Source: Wickerhamiella versatilis (Eukaryota). From it: DNA of 64,000 nucleotides. Below the pieces are notes generated by a model that saw only the letters and a program-made list of their open reading frames with translations, was not told where the DNA came from and ran no database searches. Positions within the stretch are counted from its first letter, which is position 1. Each line of letters opens with the position of its first letter. This document shows, piece by piece, positions 60,593-64,000 of the stretch. The position numbers were made by a program, and so were the translations under genes. The stretch lies in assembly GCA_030867685.1 (NCBI GenBank), contig JAQOWU010000008.1, forward strand, positions 3,348,001 through 3,412,000, read 5' to 3'.

Positions 60593-61303
60593 CTATTTAC
60601 CCATCCGCCGGCGCTGTGTGCGCTGTTCCTTCAACCGCTTACGGTATTTGTGTCGATTCATTTTAAGCTTGCGCTTGCGACGCACACTGGTTGCTTCGAC
60701 GTCAGCCATACTGTCGTCGTCTACCTCAACCAATGGCTGACCATTGACTATAGGTATGTGAATTAGTCCACCAGATCCCTCAGTAGGTTTACCTACAATA
60801 GCACCAAGTAAAGACAAGGTCTTTGCAATGTGCGGTGGCAGTGGCTCACCTACCAGTTGTGGCGTAGATGATGATAAAAGGGAAGAGGGCGTCAAGTTCT
60901 GATCAGATTTCAGCTTGAGAGACTCTGAAACATCAAATGGTCCCATATCTATAGCTACCTGATGGGGAACAGAACGCAAACCTGTATCACCGAACATTTT
61001 AGTACGTGGCTGCCAAACATGGACAAACATCACATCGCGCATACCCACGCTACCTTGTTGTGATTCCGTGGGGCTCCTGCTCATAGGCATCAAAGGCATG
61101 TGACCCGCAAAAAGTGCGCGAGAAGGGAGGTTTCCTGTCTCACTGAGCTCGTCACTCCACCGTGCAAACTGGTCCGGTGTAATTCGGGAATAAGGGAAAT
61201 CATCCCTGACATACCCACTATGGGTACTCTTACAGCAAGCTTGCAAAGGCCTTGCTATGTGCCTCCGGGCTGCTGCTACCCGAAGTGATGAATGTGAGAA
61301 CAT
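60593..61303 (-). CDS. COX24: Mitochondrial ribosomal protein mS38 (DUF1713)
   Basis: Presequence; C-terminal TSVRRKRKLKMNRHKYRKRLKEQRTQRRR. Confidence 0.85.
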   Translation of the reverse strand: MFSHSSLRVAAARRHIARPLQACCKSTHSGYVRDDFPYSRITPDQFARWSDELSETGNLPSRALFAGHMPLMPMSRSPTESQQGSVGMRDVMFVHVWQPRTKMFGDTGLRSVPHQVAIDMGPFDVSESLKLKSDQNLTPSSLLSSSTPQLVGEPLPPHIAKTLSLLGAIVGKPTEGSGGLIHIPIVNGQPLVEVDDDSMADVEATSVRRKRKLKMNRHKYRKRLKEQRTQRRRMGK

Positions 61304-61657
61304 TCGATCAATGTGATGATGAGTAATGTTGGTCGGAGGAAAAGCTATTAAACTTTAGATTCGCGGGGCTAGCTTGGATTTTTATAATACAAGTATATAT
61401 ACATAAAAAAAAATAATGTTCTGTGGTGCAAGAATATTATTGTGGTGTTTCCACTGTCGCTATCTTGTTTACTTTACTGTTATTGAAAGTCGGGAAAAAT
61501 ATTGACTTCAAACTTTTTCGAAGCCTTTAGAGACGAGATTGCACTAGTATCTCTTTTCTAAATAATGTTGATAGTCACATATCATGTGCTCTCGCTTTGA
61601 ATAATTGTTTTGAACAATACAGGACAGCCCAGAGAGAGGCCTTAGTAAGGGAGGTCG

Positions 61658-64000
61658 ATGTCCAAGGTAGCATCGCTTCAGACTGAGTTACAGAATCTCA
61701 TTGCACAGAGCAGAAGGCACAATACAGAGCTGTATAAGGCAAGCGAGTCCGCGCTGGCGCGGCTAAATAGCCTTGTTAAGTCAGACACCCTAAGTCCTGA
61801 TAAGGATCAGGGATGTATTGAATCGCTCGCGCAGTACCCTGACTTTATAACGCCCTTCATTTTGGCATGTGCAGCTGCTGATGCCAAGTCATGTGCTAGT
61901 GCGCTGCAATGTGTACAAAATCTTGCTGTATATCGAGGTATAGCGGCCTCTCGAATGCACGAGTTATTACAAGCTCTCATGGAAGCGACCCAACTAGGCC
62001 TCAGCATACAGCTAAAAATACTGCAATTGCTCCCTGTATTATTATATGAAAGTGCGGCAGATATGAGTGAGAATGATATTGTCGATCTTTTGCAGGTATG
62101 TGCCGCACTTCTTAGCAACAACAGAGTTGCTGTTGTCCATAACACGGCGTATGCAACGCTTCAGCAACTAATCACTGGTGTCTTCGACAGAATTGGTCAG
62201 ACATCTGATCAAAGTAAATCACGAGTTTTAGTATTGGATGAAGACGTCTCTTTTAATGTAACTTCTGACGTTTGGGATGCAGCCATGATATTTCTGGATT
62301 TGTGTGATATAGCCGAGCATAATGAGCCACGATTCGTGCATTTCAAAGATCTCCCATTGACATTTACCCTTGAGCTGTTGGAGTTGACTCTCACAAATCA
62401 AGCAGCTATAATGCATCAAGAGGAGTTTGCATCTATACTTTGTAGGAGGGTATGCCCACTGTTAATACGCTTAAATGCGGAGATATCTGAATTTCCAATT
62501 CTTCTCAGAGTTACTCGTATTTTCTACCTATTGTTGCGAACACATCTAGACGTTGTCACCACTGAAGCTGAGGTTATTTTATCCACACTTACGAATTTTG
62601 CCGCACAGGGCCCGAGCTGGCGACGGGCCCTCTCACTTGAAGTTTTGCAAGGAATTTTTCTTGAACTAGATCTTGTATCTGATATCTATTCACGTTACGA
62701 TGCTGCAAAAGATAAGACTGATATCTTGAAGCACATAATCGATGAGTTCGCCTCGTCTCTGGCGGATGAGTTGCCGCTGGCAGCAGATCGGACAGAATTC
62801 ACTTTGAGCCGTAATTCTGCGCTCCGGGTTCCCGTCATAGATTTACTAGATAAATCGGAACCTCCACGTGTTTCTTCAGATTACCTCCTATATTTGAGTG
62901 TGAAGTGTATCAACTCCCTTGCGGATGGCCTTGGTAACCTGGCTAACTCTCTTAACGATGGGGCAATTATCCAACAACTTGCCCCTTCACTACTACCATG
63001 TTTTGCTATTGCAATCGGTGCTAGCGTTGGCTTAGATTTTTATCGTCCAATTGTTAGAGCCGTGCAGCGCACCGCTCACGCTGCTGGTGTTTGGGGGCTG
63101 AATACGATACGCGACGATTACACGAGACTACTATCTCAGTCAATTAGTGTTGATGAAGACCATGAGAGTAGCGAATTGCCTAGAGCATCTCTTTGTGCAC
63201 GAGCACTGTTCAATTTGGGCTTTGCCTTGGGCAATCAACTTGGAGGTTCGTGGTCCCTTATTACGGATACAATCAACCGTCTTGACTCTCAAATTAATTT
63301 TTCCAACCCAAGCCTAGAAAATTTGCTTGGCAATGAAGAAAAATATGCTCCTATTGAGCATGGATTGAGAAAGCTTTTGGACCAAAGCCCCCAGCTGTCG
63401 GACGATGCAGTTGCCGAGCTTCTACGGGCGCTAGGCACAGACCGTATGATTGATTTTGTTCTGCAAGAGTATTTAGTTTCTGTTGATCCTGGTCGGTTTT
63501 CAGATCCGGATACCGGACTCTGGCAGACATTATCTGAGGTATTTCTGAGCCAGCTAAATGGTGATAAAGCAAATGAGGCAGCTAAGACACTTAATAGAGC
63601 CTCAATGATGGCGATAGCCGCCGTTGAGGTTCCTGAAGGGTATGCCATGATTGTCGATTCAATCTGTAAGGAGATAGAGTGTACAAGTGATGGTATACAG
63701 GCAGAAGCTCTCGCTCATCTCTATGTGTTATTAGATCAATATGGTGCCAGGTTGCAAGGAGCAGGTTGGGCTGAAATGTTTTCTGTTTTTGCATACTGCT
63801 CTGAAAATGCCAACAATCCCACTCTGGTCAAGAATGCGTTCCGTGCGGTGGAACTTGTTTGTACAGACTTTCTCGAGAATTTACCTTATCCTCGCGTATT
63901 CGAGCTGACTCTCTGTCTTGATCGTTTTTCGAGACAACAGAGTGACCTAAACACTTCTCTTGCGGCGACTTCTTTATTTTGGCCAGTTTGTGATCACCTG
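61658..64000 (+). CDS. MON2: Golgi/endosome Arf-GEF-like protein Mon2 (3'-truncated by window; absent from the ORF track)
   Basis: Hand translation from ATG 61658: MSKVASLQTELQNLIAQSRRHN...PDFITPFILAC...IQLKILQLLP...NTAYATLQQL; later WRRALSLEV, IDLLDKSEPP, DLNTSL. Confidence 0.9.
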   Translation, partial: MSKVASLQTELQNLIAQSRRHNTELYKASESALARLNSLVKSDTLSPDKDQGCIESLAQYPDFITPFILACAAADAKSCASALQCVQNLAVYRGIAASRMHELLQALMEATQLGLSIQLKILQLLPVLLYESAADMSENDIVDLLQVCAALLSNNRVAVVHNTAYATLQQLITGVFDRIGQTSDQSKSRVLVLDEDVSFNVTSDVWDAAMIFLDLCDIAEHNEPRFVHFKDLPLTFTLELLELTLTNQAAIMHQEEFASILCRRVCPLLIRLNAEISEFPILLRVTRIFYLLLRTHLDVVTTEAEVILSTLTNFAAQGPSWRRALSLEVLQGIFLELDLVSDIYSRYDAAKDKTDILKHIIDEFASSLADELPLAADRTEFTLSRNSALRVPVIDLLDKSEPPRVSSDYLLYLSVKCINSLADGLGNLANSLNDGAIIQQLAPSLLPCFAIAIGASVGLDFYRPIVRAVQRTAHAAGVWGLNTIRDDYTRLLSQSISVDEDHESSELPRASLCARALFNLGFALGNQLGGSWSLITDTINRLDSQINFSNPSLENLLGNEEKYAPIEHGLRKLLDQSPQLSDDAVAELLRALGTDRMIDFVLQEYLVSVDPGRFSDPDTGLWQTLSEVFLSQLNGDKANEAAKTLNRASMMAIAAVEVPEGYAMIVDSICKEIECTSDGIQAEALAHLYVLLDQYGARLQGAGWAEMFSVFAYCSENANNPTLVKNAFRAVELVCTDFLENLPYPRVFELTLCLDRFSRQQSDLNTSLAATSLFWPVCDHL

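Noticed and set aside
1-64000. Bacterial horizontal transfer, operon, transposon, CRISPR or secondary-metabolite cluster
   Set aside because: All recognisable proteins are eukaryotic-type; bacterial-like families (bL36, YebC, SSB) carry mitochondrial presequences; no transposase, LTR or spacer array seen

Overview
Eukaryotic DNA from a very compact, nearly intron-free ascomycete yeast. It uses the standard code: CTG falls at conserved Leu positions in Rps3 'AELNE' and fumarase '[13 protein letters not shown]'. Compaction and protein divergence suggest an early-branching budding yeast such as the Wickerhamiella/Starmerella group (inference). The window holds 37 protein-coding genes, mostly housekeeping, from the 3' end of ACC1 to the 5' part of MON2, often separated by under 70 bp. 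No transposon, tRNA, rRNA or obviously bacterial gene was seen. The best candidate novelty is the gap between SET2 and the next ORF (~56280-56780). By hand it folds into the budding-yeast telomerase RNA layout (boundary helix, C-rich template ACCCUUAACC, stem-loop arm, pseudoknot, three-way junction) in only ~500 nt, predicting a TTAAGGG-type repeat. Also notable are a divergent cullin lacking its neddylation domain, a shared bipartite element upstream of both cytosolic ribosomal protein genes, and extreme gene packing. All homology calls come from motif recognition, not database searches.
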